A DNA stretch of 64,000 bases. It comes from an uncultured Chloroflexia bacterium. Lineage in GTDB: Bacteria; Chloroflexota; Anaerolineae; B4-G1; SLSP01. The DNA lies in contig CAVVUS010000038.1 of assembly GCA_963751345.1 (NCBI GenBank), forward strand, positions 32,001 to 96,000. The letters run 5' to 3'. The notes beneath the pieces were generated by a model. The model made no database searches and was not told where the DNA came from. It saw nothing but the letters and a program-made list of their open reading frames with translations. Shown here piece after piece: positions 40,879 to 51,202 of the stretch. The stretch's first letter is position 1, and each line of letters starts with the position of its first letter. The position numbers and the translations under genes are program-made.

Positions 40879-42970
40879 TCATACGGGCGCGATGCTTATG
40901 CGCACGTCAACGGCCCAGATGCCGCTACCCTCCGCGCCAACCACCAGGGGGTTGATGTCGACCCCATCTATGTTGGGGAAGTCGATCGCCAACTGACCCA
41001 GACGACGCAGGGCGTCGACGACGCCCTCAATGTCACGTGGCGGCATCCCGCGGATGCCCTGCAGGATCCGTCCGGCTGCCGTTTCCATCACCATGCTGTG
41101 GGCATCGGCAACGCCAATCGGCGCGAGGCGGAAGGCCACGTCCCTCAGGACCTCGACCAGGGTTCCTCCCAGGCCGAACATGAGGACTGGGCCAAACTGG
41201 GGGTCGCGCTGCATCCCCAGGATGACTTCCTGGCCCGCAGGTGCCATGCGCTGGAGCATGGCACGCCGCTCGGCGTGCGGACCGACCAGTTCGGCGAAGA
41301 CCTCTGCGACCGCACCTGCATCCGCCAGATTCAGCCTCACGCCTCCCACATCGGCCTTGTGAATCACGTCTGGCGCGATCACCTTCATCGCCAGCGGGTA
41401 GCCCAGTGAGTCTGCGAGCGCTGTCACCTCATCCGGCGTGGTCGCGATTCCCGACTGTGGCACGCGAATGCCGTATGCCGAGGCGACCAACGCCGATTGC
41501 TGTGCATCCAGAAACCCAGGCCCGGCACCGTCCAGGTGCCGGCTCAGCACCGAGCGGACCCGGTCCCGGTCTACGCCTGCGATGGTCTCAGGCAGTGCCA
41601 CGGGGCGATCCCGAAGGTGGCGATAGGCCAACAAGCTGGCCAGCGCGCGACCGGCCCGGTTGGGGTCCTGGTAGAACGGCACACCCTCGCGGTTGAGCAG
41701 GTCAACCGCCTCCGTGATGCTCTCCCCGCCTACCAGGCAGCAGACGACGGGCTTTGCTGCGCTCTGAGCTGCCATAATGACGTTCCGGGCGACTTCAATG
41801 ACGGGCGTGATGGCTTGAGGGACGAAAACAGCCATCAGCATGTCGACGCTCTCGTCCCTGAGCAGTAGCTCACCCGCGGTCCTGTACATTTCGGCCTGGG
41901 GGCCGCCCAGCATATCGACAGGGTTGCCCAATTGGGCGCCCCTCGGCGTCACCTCCCGGAGCCGTGCCATCGTCTCCGGACTGAGGTCCGCCATCGTCAG
42001 GCCGCAGCGGTCCAGTTCATCGGCCGCCAATGCGGCAGGCCCCCCTGCATTGGTCAGGATGGCGACCCGGTTGCCCAGAGGCAGTGGCTGCGTGGCCAGG
42101 GCCATCGCGACGTCGTTCTGCTCCTGGAGCGATTCGACAACCAGGACGCCTGCGCGGTGGCAGGCCGCGCGATAGGCTTGCTCGTTGCCTGCGAGGGCGC
42201 CGGTGTGCGAGGCGACGGCTCGCGTCCCCGCCGCCGTGAGCCCGGCCTTGAGCATGACCACGGGTTTCTGTCTGATAGACGCCCGCGGCGGCCTCGACGA
42301 AGCGGCGCCCATCGGGAAGGCCCTCGGCATAGACATTGATGACGCGTGTGAAAGGGTCGGACTTCATCATCTCGATCCCGTCGGCAATGTCAACGTCAAG
42401 CTGATTCCCCAGGCTGGCAATGCGGCTGTATCCCACGCCGACACCTCGCGCCCAATCGACCGTTCCACCGGCGATGGCGCCCGAGTGCGAGACAAACCCT
42501 ATGTGGCCCGGCCTGGGCATCGCCGTGATGAAGGTGGTGTCGAGCGGCACGTGCGTGTCCATCACCCCGACGCAGTTCGGACCAATCAGGCGCATGTTGT
42601 AGTCGTCGGCTATCACCTTGAGCTGGCGCTCCAGCTCGACGCCCTCAGGACCGGACTCCCTGAAGCCTCCGCTAATGACGATCACGGTGCGCAATCCCCT
42701 GTCGCCACACTGGCGCAGCGCCTGCGGCACGAGAGGGGCCGGAATCATGATCACGGCTAGCTCAACCGGATCCGGTACGGCCTCAATAGACGGATAGACC
42801 TCTAGACCCAGGATCTCCCCGCCCCGTGGGTTGACGGGATAGATCGGTCCGGGGTAGCCGCACCGCTTGAGGTTCCGGACCACGCCGTGGCTCAGCTTAT
42901 CGGGATCCGAGCTCGCCCCGATGATGGCGACGCCGTCGGGATTGAAGAAGGTCTCCAGGGTGTCGGTCAT
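40879..42970 (-). CDS. Acetate/acyl-CoA ligase (ADP-forming), fused alpha-beta, frameshifted near 42280
   Basis: AIIGAS, YPVNP, GPNCVG, SHSGA, ASHTGALAG (phospho-His), TNAGG, NPVDM, HKADVGGV, DPQFGPV..FGLGG and DINPL. Confidence 0.9.
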
Positions 42971-43050
42971 ATGATTAGCCTCCGTGAGCTAGCCAGCATT
43001 CACAGGGATATGTTAGGTAAGAGGTGGCCTTTGTCCAGGCGCGCACGGGG

Positions 43051-44184
43051 TCACAGTCGGGCACGCCACACCCTGAATCGGTGACCCTCGGCGGCTACCC
43101 CCACCGACCCGAAGTGCTTCTCCAACCAGGGCCGGTAGTCCAGGAAGGTGTTTGCGACGAGGAAGACTCGTCCGCCAGGCTTGAGGACGCGGGCGGCTTC
43201 TCTCACGAAGAGCTGCGAGACGTCGAAACTGGTATCATGGCCGCGGTGGAAGGGTGGGTTGGTGACGACGGTGTCGACGCTCCCGTCCGGCACGGCGGCG
43301 GCGCCCGGACAGAGATGGGCCACGGCATCGGGGTATCCGTTTGCCGCCAGAGTCCGGCGTGTGCCGGCGACGGCACGCGCCGACACGTCGGTTGCGATGA
43401 GCCGTGCGCCACGGCGCGCGGCGGCGAGCCCTACGAGCCCCGTGCCACAGCCCAGATCCAGAACCACGGTTCCGGGCGCCACGACCATCGCTTCGATCAG
43501 AGCCGCCGCCCCTACATCCAGCCGATCATTGGCAAACACGCCAACACAACTGACCAGCTCGGTCGACTGACCTGCGACCTCGATCCGACGGGTATCGAAC
43601 ACCACGTGTGGGGGAGAGATGCCCGGCTCAGGGGCGTAAGCCAGCACGGCATGATAGCCGCCCTTGCGGTTGACGACCCCGGCGCGCCCGCATACGCGAC
43701 GGGCCTCATCGAGCGCGCCCCTGACCCCCTCCTGAGTCGCCCCGACCAGGATCATCCTTCCTCCGGGCTCGAGCACCGACGCGCTCAGCCGGATCAACTG
43801 TACCTGCAGGTCCCTTCCGCGAGGCAGGTGCAGCAGTGACAGCCCACACCTGTGCAGTGGCAGGCCCGCAAAGTCCCAGGCCGTGCTCATTTGCGGAAGG
43901 GGCAGGCCATTCACAGCGAAACTTGACCTGAGCGATAGCTGCTCGGCGATACTGTCGTGCCACGTTGTGACAGTGGCACCCGACCGGGAGGCCCAGATGG
44001 CGGCTCCGGTCGCGCCCGGGCCGGCGACGAAGACCGAGGTAGCCTGTATCTGTCTGACCGCGCCAAAGAGCGCTGCCTGAGCCATGCCAAAGGTCGCTGC
44101 GCCCGGTAGATACACCAGGCGCGCTGGTCCATCCGGGAGCGCGCAGACTTCGTCCGTTAGCCATCGCTCAACACGCGTCTCCAT
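43051..44184 (-). CDS. Class I SAM-dependent methyltransferase, RsmC/RlmG-like
   Basis: GVFANDRLDVG, VLDLGCGTG, TNPPFH and LVAN. Likely start is METRVERW at 44184. Confidence 0.85.
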   Translation of the reverse strand: METRVERWLTDEVCALPDGPARLVYLPGAATFGMAQAALFGAVRQIQATSVFVAGPGATGAAIWASRSGATVTTWHDSIAEQLSLRSSFAVNGLPLPQMSTAWDFAGLPLHRCGLSLLHLPRGRDLQVQLIRLSASVLEPGGRMILVGATQEGVRGALDEARRVCGRAGVVNRKGGYHAVLAYAPEPGISPPHVVFDTRRIEVAGQSTELVSCVGVFANDRLDVGAAALIEAMVVAPGTVVLDLGCGTGLVGLAAARRGARLIATDVSARAVAGTRRTLAANGYPDAVAHLCPGAAAVPDGSVDTVVTNPPFHRGHDTSFDVSQLFVREAARVLKPGGRVFLVANTFLDYRPWLEKHFGSVGVAAEGHRFRVWRARL

Positions 44185-44346
44185 TGTCTTCTCTTCTGTC
44201 TTTTCTTCTTTATTATTTGTACGACCAATATGGTGGTTACAAAGTCGAGGCGTGCTATAATCCCTGTCGTGCGGTTTCCGCTGAGTTCGTCTCTGGATTG
44301 TACAACGACAGAGAACACTTTCATACTTGGGGGCTAGGGGGAACGA

Positions 44347-45306
44347 ATGGTCAACGTTCAAGATTTCTGTCGCCAGCTCGTCACGAATGTGGAGCACGTC
44401 ATCGTTGGCAAGTCCTCAGCCGTTCAGTTGGCCGTCATCGGCCTGTTGAGCCGGGGGCATCTTCTCATAGAGGACGTGCCCGGCGTCGGCAAGACGATGC
44501 TGGCGCGAAGCCTCTCCCGGTCGATGGGCTGTAGTTTTGGGCGCATCCAATTCACGCCCGATTTGCTGCCCAGTGACGTCACCGGCGTCTCTATATACAA
44601 CCAGGGCACGCGCGAGTTCGAGTTTCAGCCGGGACCTATCATGTCCCAGATCGTGCTGGTCGATGAGATCAATCGCGCGACGCCCAAGACGCAATCGGCT
44701 CTTCTGGAGGCGATGGAAGAGCGACAGGTCACGGTAGACGGCGTAACACATCCACTTCCTCAGCCGTTCATGGTCCTGGCGACACAGAACCCCATCGAGT
44801 ACGAGGGGACCTACTCACTGCCTGAGGCGCAGCTCGACCGGTTCCAGATGCGCATCGACCTTGGCTATCCGGCGCTGCGCGATGAGATCGAGGTCCTCGA
44901 CCGTCAGCAGTTCCACCATCCTGTGCTTGACCTGGAGCCGGTCGTGACCTCGGACGAGTTGCTGGCAGCGCAGGAGGAGATCAAGACGGTCTTCGTGTCG
45001 CCTTCGGTGAAAGAGTATATTGTTCGTTTGGTACAGAGGACGCGGCAGCACCCCGATGTGTATCTGGGTGCCAGTCCTCGTGGCAGCCTCATGCTGTATC
45101 GCACCGCTCAAGCGCGGGCTGCGATGTACGGACGTGTCTACGTGCTTCCTGACGACGTCAAATTCATCGCTCCCTATGTCCTCAGCCATCGTCTCATCAT
45201 CAGCCCCAGCGCACGGTTGCGGAATGTGCAGGCTCAGCAGGTGCTGAGCGCCATCCTGGAACAGCTGCCGATGCCCGAACCCGAACGAGAGAGAACCCCC
45301 GCATAG
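44347..45306 (+). CDS. moxR: MoxR family AAA+ ATPase
   Basis: [43 protein letters not shown] and GASPRG. Confidence 0.95.
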   Translation: MVNVQDFCRQLVTNVEHVIVGKSSAVQLAVIGLLSRGHLLIEDVPGVGKTMLARSLSRSMGCSFGRIQFTPDLLPSDVTGVSIYNQGTREFEFQPGPIMSQIVLVDEINRATPKTQSALLEAMEERQVTVDGVTHPLPQPFMVLATQNPIEYEGTYSLPEAQLDRFQMRIDLGYPALRDEIEVLDRQQFHHPVLDLEPVVTSDELLAAQEEIKTVFVSPSVKEYIVRLVQRTRQHPDVYLGASPRGSLMLYRTAQARAAMYGRVYVLPDDVKFIAPYVLSHRLIISPSARLRNVQAQQVLSAILEQLPMPEPERERTPA

Positions 45307-45407
45307 GGGGCATCAGATCGTTCGCTGCCTCGCGGGGGTCGTCGAAAGGTGCGCCAGACAACGTTGGCTAACGCGTGGCGAGCGGCTTATCAACACTGAG
45401 GTGAGGT

Positions 45408-46727
45408 GTGGCTGAGATACTTGGCGAGGAGCCGAAACGCAGACCTCGGATCGCGCTGAGGGCGTGGCTGGTGCCCGTCCTCTTCATCGTCGTCGTGGTA
45501 ACGCAGTTGCTGACGCCCTACCGCGGGTGGCGGATCCTGATTGTGGGACTTGGCGGCGTCTTTATCCTGAGTTGGTTCTGGTCGCGATCGTTGGCCAGAG
45601 GTCTGGACCTCACACGCCAGATGCGCTTCGGCTGGGCCCAGGTTGGCGACCGGCTGGTCGAGCGGTTCACCGTAGCCAATAACCGGTGGGCGCCTGCCGT
45701 CTGGGCCGAGATCCACGATCGCTCCACGCTGCCCGGCTATCGCGTGAGCCGGGGAACCGGCATTTCAGGTTTTGACACGATCCGCTGGCATACCGAGGCG
45801 GTGTGCCAGCGGCGTGGCCTCTTCATGTTGGGGCCGACGCAGATCTGGACGGGGGATCCTTTCGGTATCTTCTCCGTGACGCTGGACTTCCCTGCCTCCC
45901 TGCCCTTGCTCGTGCTCCCGCCGATCGTGCCGCTCCCCAGTATTCAGGTCGCTCCGGGTGGAAGGTCCGGTGAGGCCCGGCCCCGCGCCAATATCGTGGA
46001 CCGCACGGTGAGCGCGGCGACTGTGCGCGAGTACGCCTCGGGTGACAGTCGCCGGTGGATTCACTGGCGCACGACCGCACGGCAGGGCGACCTGTATGTG
46101 CGCCAGTTCGAAAGTACCCCGGTCGGCGACTGGTGGATCCTGCTGGACATGGACCGTCACGTCCAGGCCGGCGAGGGTGAGGACGCCACCGATGAGCACG
46201 GCGTCGTGCTGGCGGCATCGTTGGCCGACAGAGCGGTCAGGTTGCGCCGAGCCGTGGGTATCCTGGCGGAGGGCGAGGATCTGGTATGGATGCCTCCGGC
46301 TCAGGGCGAAGGACAGCGCTGGGAGATCCTGAGATCGCTGGCCCTCGTCAACCGGGGGTCCAGGCCGTTGGCCGACGTGTTGTCCCGGGTGGGCCCCAGT
46401 CTCGGCCAGTACGCAAGTCTCGTCATCATCACACCCTCGACCGAGACCGCGTGGGTGGAGGAAATGGTCTCGCTGGTGCGCCAAGGCGTGGTTCCCACCG
46501 TGTTGTTGCTCGATCCCGCCTCGTTCGGCGGGCCGGGTCGTATGGATGCGGTCAAGGCGTCCCTCATGAATCTTCGCGTAGCCTTCTACGAGATTACGAA
46601 AGATGTCCTGAATCTGCCGGATATCCATCCGGGGCGGCAGGGGCAAGTAGAGTGGCGCGTGCTGGGTACCGGGAAGGCGATTCCGGTGCGGAAGGATGAT
46701 CAGGTGGCCTGGAGAACACTGGCATGA
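45408..46727 (+). CDS. DUF58 domain protein
   Basis: GDPFG and VREYASGDSRRWIHWRTTAR..LYVRQFE, with an N-terminal TM pair. Confidence 0.92.
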   Translation: MAEILGEEPKRRPRIALRAWLVPVLFIVVVVTQLLTPYRGWRILIVGLGGVFILSWFWSRSLARGLDLTRQMRFGWAQVGDRLVERFTVANNRWAPAVWAEIHDRSTLPGYRVSRGTGISGFDTIRWHTEAVCQRRGLFMLGPTQIWTGDPFGIFSVTLDFPASLPLLVLPPIVPLPSIQVAPGGRSGEARPRANIVDRTVSAATVREYASGDSRRWIHWRTTARQGDLYVRQFESTPVGDWWILLDMDRHVQAGEGEDATDEHGVVLAASLADRAVRLRRAVGILAEGEDLVWMPPAQGEGQRWEILRSLALVNRGSRPLADVLSRVGPSLGQYASLVIITPSTETAWVEEMVSLVRQGVVPTVLLLDPASFGGPGRMDAVKASLMNLRVAFYEITKDVLNLPDIHPGRQGQVEWRVLGTGKAIPVRKDDQVAWRTLA

Positions 46728-49144
46728 GCTATAGGACTGGCAGACCCAAGGGTGTTTCCGGCCGGCTAACGCGCGCACTGCGCCCAAGGGCGCTCCTCGC
46801 CTGGGTGCTGCTCCTCTTGGTCGTGCTGAGTACAACCTCCGGCCTGACGACCGCCGTCAAAAACCTGGAGGCTCTTTACATCTTCACCGTCGCCGTCATT
46901 GCGGTCACCGTCGGCTGGCTGCTTGCGCTGCTGCCGATGCAGGGCTGGATGGCCGGGGTGCTCGGTACCTTGTTTGGCATCGAGTACCTGTTGGTCCGTG
47001 TCGGTGGGCTGGGAGACAGCCTGGTTGGGATTGTGGGGGCCGCCGTGCGACTGGCACGGCAGGTTGTGGACTGGTACTTCACCGAACAGCCCCCTGACTG
47101 GGCCCCGTTGCCCACGCTCTACGTCAACCTGTGGGTAGATATGGGCACGCTGTTGGCCCGTACAACCAGCTGGTTGTCAGGCCTGATATCGAAGACCGGT
47201 ACTCGTGACATCGTGGGTTCGGCTTTGGTGTGGGGACTTGGCGTGTGGCTCTACAATGTCTGGGCAGGATTCGTCGTGCGCAGACACCACAAGCCACTCC
47301 TGGGCATGCTGCCCGGTGGCCTCCTGCTGAGCTTCGTGCTTTCGTACACCGGGACCAATCCCTATATTCTGCTTCCGGTCGTGGGCCTGACCCTGGTGTT
47401 GATGGCCGTGATGAGTCAGACCAAGCGCGAGGAAGCCTGGACCGTACGTGACGTCGACTACTCTCAGGGATTGTGGGGTGACGTCGCGGTCGCCGCTACG
47501 GGTATTTCCATTGCGCTCGTCCTGGCCGCCGCTATCGCTCCCTCGATCACGGCCGAGAAGATCGCGAATTGGATCCGCGACGTGACGGCCTCCGAGCAGC
47601 AGACGCGCACGGAGGCCGTCGCCGAGGGGCTGGGCCTGGAGCAGCATCCTGAGCCCGCCCCGCCTGCGCCTCCACTCGCACTGCAGTTGACGACCGATCT
47701 GCCCACGCGTCACCTCATTGGCTCCGGTCCCGAGCTCTCCCGTCAGGTCGTGATGTACATCGAGACGGGGGAACTGCGACCGCTGTCCGGTGAAGAGATA
47801 CCTATGACCGAGGTGCCACGCCACTATTGGCGAAGCATGACCTATGACTGGTATTTCGGGCGCGGCTGGGCCACGAGCAATACCGCGCTCGTCGACCACG
47901 CCGCCGGTGAGACGCTGACCGACGTACAGGGCGACTATCTGCAGCCGCTGAGGCAGACTGTGCGGCTTGTGGGTGATCAGGCAGGCGGCATCGTCTTCGT
48001 TGATGGTGTGCTCGTCTCTGTCGATCAGGATTTCAGCGCAGCGCTGCGTTGGGGAGATGAAGTCTATGGCGCGACGACGCCTGCCCGCAGCTATACTGCC
48101 GATTCGCTCATCAACGTCGCATCCGTGGAGCAGCTGCGCGCCGCATCGCCGGACTATCCCGAGACGATCCTGGAGCGTTATCTCGAGCTGCCCGCGGACG
48201 AGCCCGAGCGGGTCATCGCGCTGGCTCGCAGTCTGACGGCCACGGAGCCGACGGAGTACGACCGTGCCGTGGCCATTGAGCAGTACCTGCGCCAATTCCC
48301 ATATACCCTCGACGTTCCTACCCCCGGCCCGAGCGACGATATCGCCGATTACTTCCTTTTCAACCTGCAGGAAGGTTACTGCGATTACTATGCCACCGCC
48401 ATGGTGGTCCTGGCACGTGCGGCGGGGCTGCCGTCCCGTCTGGTTGTTGGCTATGTCAATGGCAGGTATGATCCCGCGGTCGCGCGGTACATCGTCACGG
48501 CGGCTGATGCCCACGCTTGGCCTGAGATCTACTTCCCGGGGTACGGGTGGATACAGTTCGAGCCCACGGGCGGTCGCCCGCCGATCCATCGCCGGACGAC
48601 CGAGCAGACCGCGCTGCCAACGCCAAGTGCATCCACCACGCTGCCTCTGGTGTCGCCAGACGCCGACTCGGCGACGGCGACGCCGATGGCGTCCGGCCTG
48701 TGGCTCTTGATCGGCGTCGGCGCTGTTGTTGCAGCCGTCGGTGCCGGCACTGGGCTGGACAGCATGCGCTTGCTCCTGGCCACGCCGGAGGGGATGGTCG
48801 GGCGCCTGCAGCGTCGCCTCAGGACGCACGCGAAACGTCTGCGGACGGCGACGCGCAGCGGCGACACACCTCGCGAGCTCGCCGACACGCTCGTGCAGCG
48901 TCTCAAGGCGATCGGTACGTCGCATGGTTTCTCCGGCGTGGAGCTGGTGGAGCCTGCTGCCGACGAGGTGCAGGAGTTGACAGACTATTACATTGAGACG
49001 TGGTACAGCCCCGCACCCGATGTGTCGGGGGTACGGCGTAGGCAGGTGGTGTGGACGTGGTGGCGACTCAGGTGGCGTCTGTGGTTGGCCTGGCTGTGGC
49101 GTCGAACGGAGGACGACGCGGGACCCGGTCATGACGATAGCTGA
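46724..49144 (+). CDS. Membrane transglutaminase-like protein (TgpA/DUF3488 type)
   Basis: Multiple TM helices, YWRS, GYCDYYATAM (catalytic Cys), DAHAWPEIYF and WIQFEPT. Confidence 0.9.
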   Translation: MSYRTGRPKGVSGRLTRALRPRALLAWVLLLLVVLSTTSGLTTAVKNLEALYIFTVAVIAVTVGWLLALLPMQGWMAGVLGTLFGIEYLLVRVGGLGDSLVGIVGAAVRLARQVVDWYFTEQPPDWAPLPTLYVNLWVDMGTLLARTTSWLSGLISKTGTRDIVGSALVWGLGVWLYNVWAGFVVRRHHKPLLGMLPGGLLLSFVLSYTGTNPYILLPVVGLTLVLMAVMSQTKREEAWTVRDVDYSQGLWGDVAVAATGISIALVLAAAIAPSITAEKIANWIRDVTASEQQTRTEAVAEGLGLEQHPEPAPPAPPLALQLTTDLPTRHLIGSGPELSRQVVMYIETGELRPLSGEEIPMTEVPRHYWRSMTYDWYFGRGWATSNTALVDHAAGETLTDVQGDYLQPLRQTVRLVGDQAGGIVFVDGVLVSVDQDFSAALRWGDEVYGATTPARSYTADSLINVASVEQLRAASPDYPETILERYLELPADEPERVIALARSLTATEPTEYDRAVAIEQYLRQFPYTLDVPTPGPSDDIADYFLFNLQEGYCDYYATAMVVLARAAGLPSRLVVGYVNGRYDPAVARYIVTAADAHAWPEIYFPGYGWIQFEPTGGRPPIHRRTTEQTALPTPSASTTLPLVSPDADSATATPMASGLWLLIGVGAVVAAVGAGTGLDSMRLLLATPEGMVGRLQRRLRTHAKRLRTATRSGDTPRELADTLVQRLKAIGTSHGFSGVELVEPAADEVQELTDYYIETWYSPAPDVSGVRRRQVVWTWWRLRWRLWLAWLWRRTEDDAGPGHDDS

Positions 49145-50390
49145 TTCCCTGTATCGGCTCGCTTTGGCCCTGGGGCTTGGCATCCTGATCGGCGTGCAGC
49201 GCGAGGCAGCCTACGATGAGCCCGAAGGCAAGCTCTTCGCCGGCGCTCGAACCTTTGCGCTGATCAGTCTGGCAGGCTATGTGCTGGCCACTGCGGGCAG
49301 CGAAGCGGGATCGGCCCTGCCCTTCGTCGGGGGCCTCCTGGTGCTGGGCGTGCTGCTGGCCCTGGCATATCACGCGGATGTAGCGGTCGGCAAGCCGGGT
49401 ATGACGACCGAGATGTCGGCGATCGTGACCTTCGGGACGGGGGGGCTGTGCTACTGGGGTATGTTGCCGCTCGCCGCCGCGCTCGGCGTCACCGTCATGG
49501 CAATGCTCTCACTCAAACACGAGTTCCGCAGCTTCACCCACGCCGTCACGCGGGAGGATATCTACGCGATCGTGAAGTTCGCGGTGATCAGTGTCATCAT
49601 CCTGCCGCTCCTGCCCAACGACACCTTCGCACCCGCGCCGCTGGACGTGCTGAACCCGCACAAGGTCTGGCTGATGGTGGTCTTTATCAGTGGCATCAGC
49701 TTCCTGGGCTACGTTCTGATCAAGCTCGTGGGGACACGTCGCGGCATCGGGCTGACGGGCCTGCTGGGAGGCATCGCATCGAGCACCGCCGTGACCCTCA
49801 GTTTTGCGCAGCGCAGCAAAGAGACCCAGGAGCTTTCGCGCCCCTTTGCGTTGGCGATCCTGGTTGCCTGGGCGGTGATGTTTGTGCGTGTACTCGCCAT
49901 CGTCTTCGCGCTCGCCCCCGAGCTGGCCCGAAGACTGGTCGTCCCAATGGTGGCAGCGGCAGGCGTGGGCCTGGTCTATTGCGGCTACCTCTACTTCATC
50001 CAATGGTCCACGGAAAAGGATACCTTCGAGTTCTCGAACCCCTTTGAGCTCGGACCGGCGTTGCGCTTTGGCCTGATCTACGCTGTCGTGCTCGTGGTCT
50101 CACGGGCCGCCCAACTGTATTTCGGAAGTGTCGGAGTCTACATCTCCAGCTTTGTCTCAGGTCTGGCTGACGTGAATGCTATCACGTTGTCGATGGTTGA
50201 TCTCAGTCAGAAGATGGACGGTTTGGGGCCCCTCGTTGCCTCGCGGGCGGTCGTCATCGCCGCGATGGCGAACACAGTATTCAAGGGCGTCTTTGCCGTC
50301 TCGACGGGCTCGCGCGGGCTGCGCCGGGCGCTCCTGCCTGGGTTGGGTTTGATGCTCGCCGTGGGCGCCGTCACGGGCCTGCTGATCTGA
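49131..50390 (+). CDS. MgtC/SapB family membrane protein with DUF4010
   Basis: LGILIGVQRE, AGARTFALI, GMTTE, LNPHKVWLMVV, GGIASSTAVT, NPFEL and GLADVNAI. Confidence 0.9.
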   Translation: MTIADSLYRLALALGLGILIGVQREAAYDEPEGKLFAGARTFALISLAGYVLATAGSEAGSALPFVGGLLVLGVLLALAYHADVAVGKPGMTTEMSAIVTFGTGGLCYWGMLPLAAALGVTVMAMLSLKHEFRSFTHAVTREDIYAIVKFAVISVIILPLLPNDTFAPAPLDVLNPHKVWLMVVFISGISFLGYVLIKLVGTRRGIGLTGLLGGIASSTAVTLSFAQRSKETQELSRPFALAILVAWAVMFVRVLAIVFALAPELARRLVVPMVAAAGVGLVYCGYLYFIQWSTEKDTFEFSNPFELGPALRFGLIYAVVLVVSRAAQLYFGSVGVYISSFVSGLADVNAITLSMVDLSQKMDGLGPLVASRAVVIAAMANTVFKGVFAVSTGSRGLRRALLPGLGLMLAVGAVTGLLI

Positions 50391-50404
50391 TCGACCGGCT
50401 GCAG

Positions 50405-51041
50405 ATGCCAGATGCTAGCAGCGCATTACAGAGGGCGCAGAAGAAGACCGTGGTAGCCGCCATCATTGCTGTGGCCGGCTCCTTCACGCTGTGGGCGGCC
50501 GTGCACACGCTCCTGGCGAGCCGCTGGCTGAAACGCCGGGCGCGGCGCGTGATCGGTGAGGCGGGATGCCGCTGGTACCGGATCGTCTACGTCGGGTTCT
50601 CGGTGATGTCCCTGCTTCCCGTGCTCGCCCTCGTGCCCCTGCTGCCGGATCGGACGCTCTACAGCGTGCCAAGCCCGTGGCGGTACGCGATGATGGGCGT
50701 CGAGCTGGCGGCACTCGTGGCCCTGATTGTCTCGCTCTTCCAGGCGGGTGTGCTGCATTTTGTGGGCCTGTCCCAACTCTTGGGCGACGATCTCCCGGCC
50801 CCGGGCCGGCTGCAGGTGCGGGGTTTCTATCGCTTGGGTTCGTCACCCCAACTACGTCTTTGGTGCCGTGGTTATCTGGTTGCTGCCGGTGATGACGGTG
50901 AATCTGTTGGCCCTCTTTGTGGCGATGACCCTCTATCTCGTCATCGGCTCCTACCACGAGGAGGCGCTCCTGGCTGACGAGTACGGCGAGGCCTACGAAC
51001 AATACCGCGCATCAGTCCCGCGCTTCTTCCCGAGATTCTGA
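50405..51041 (+). CDS. NnrU/ICMT-family membrane methyltransferase-like protein (MddA-like), frameshifted near 50835
   Basis: HTLLAS, RWYRIVY, FVGLSQ, then VRHPNY, EE..L..YG..YEQYR..VPRFFP. Confidence 0.75.
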
Positions 51042-51071
51042 CGCGGCCCACTGCCCGCCGGTAAGAAAAGC

Positions 51072-51103
51072 AAAGCGCAGCGCCGATCTCGGCGCTGCGC
51101 TTT
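51072..51103. terminator. Bidirectional terminator downstream of tRNA-Gly
   Basis: AAAGCGCAGCGCCGA-TC-TCGGCGCTGCGCTTT with A/T tracts on both sides. Confidence 0.8.
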
Positions 51104-51109
51104 CTGTTG

Positions 51110-51181
51110 AGCGGGTGAGGGGGCTCGAACCCCTGACATTCAGCTTGGGAAGCTGACGTTCTACCACTGAACTACACCCGC
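51110..51181 (-). tRNA. tRNA-Gly (anticodon CCC)
   Basis: Acceptor GCGGGTG/CACCCGC, D-arm GTTCAGTGGTAGAAC, anticodon arm TCAGC-TTCCCAA-GCTGA and T-loop GGTTCGAG. CCA is not encoded. Confidence 0.95.
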
Positions 51182-51202
51182 GCGTACTCTGAACTGCCTG
51201 CA

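Noticed and set aside
44185-44397. N-terminal extension of the RsmC-like ORF, including the EEKTEEKT 12-bp duplication
   Set aside because: It overlaps the moxR start and promoter region and is probably untranslated. The duplication is too short to interpret.
47177-49183. Long antisense ORFs (e.g. 668 aa here; also 7547..8773, 15707..16822, 36733..37908, 52007..53095)
   Set aside because: They are shadows of well-supported genes on the opposite strand, as expected in high-GC DNA, and contain no recognisable motifs.
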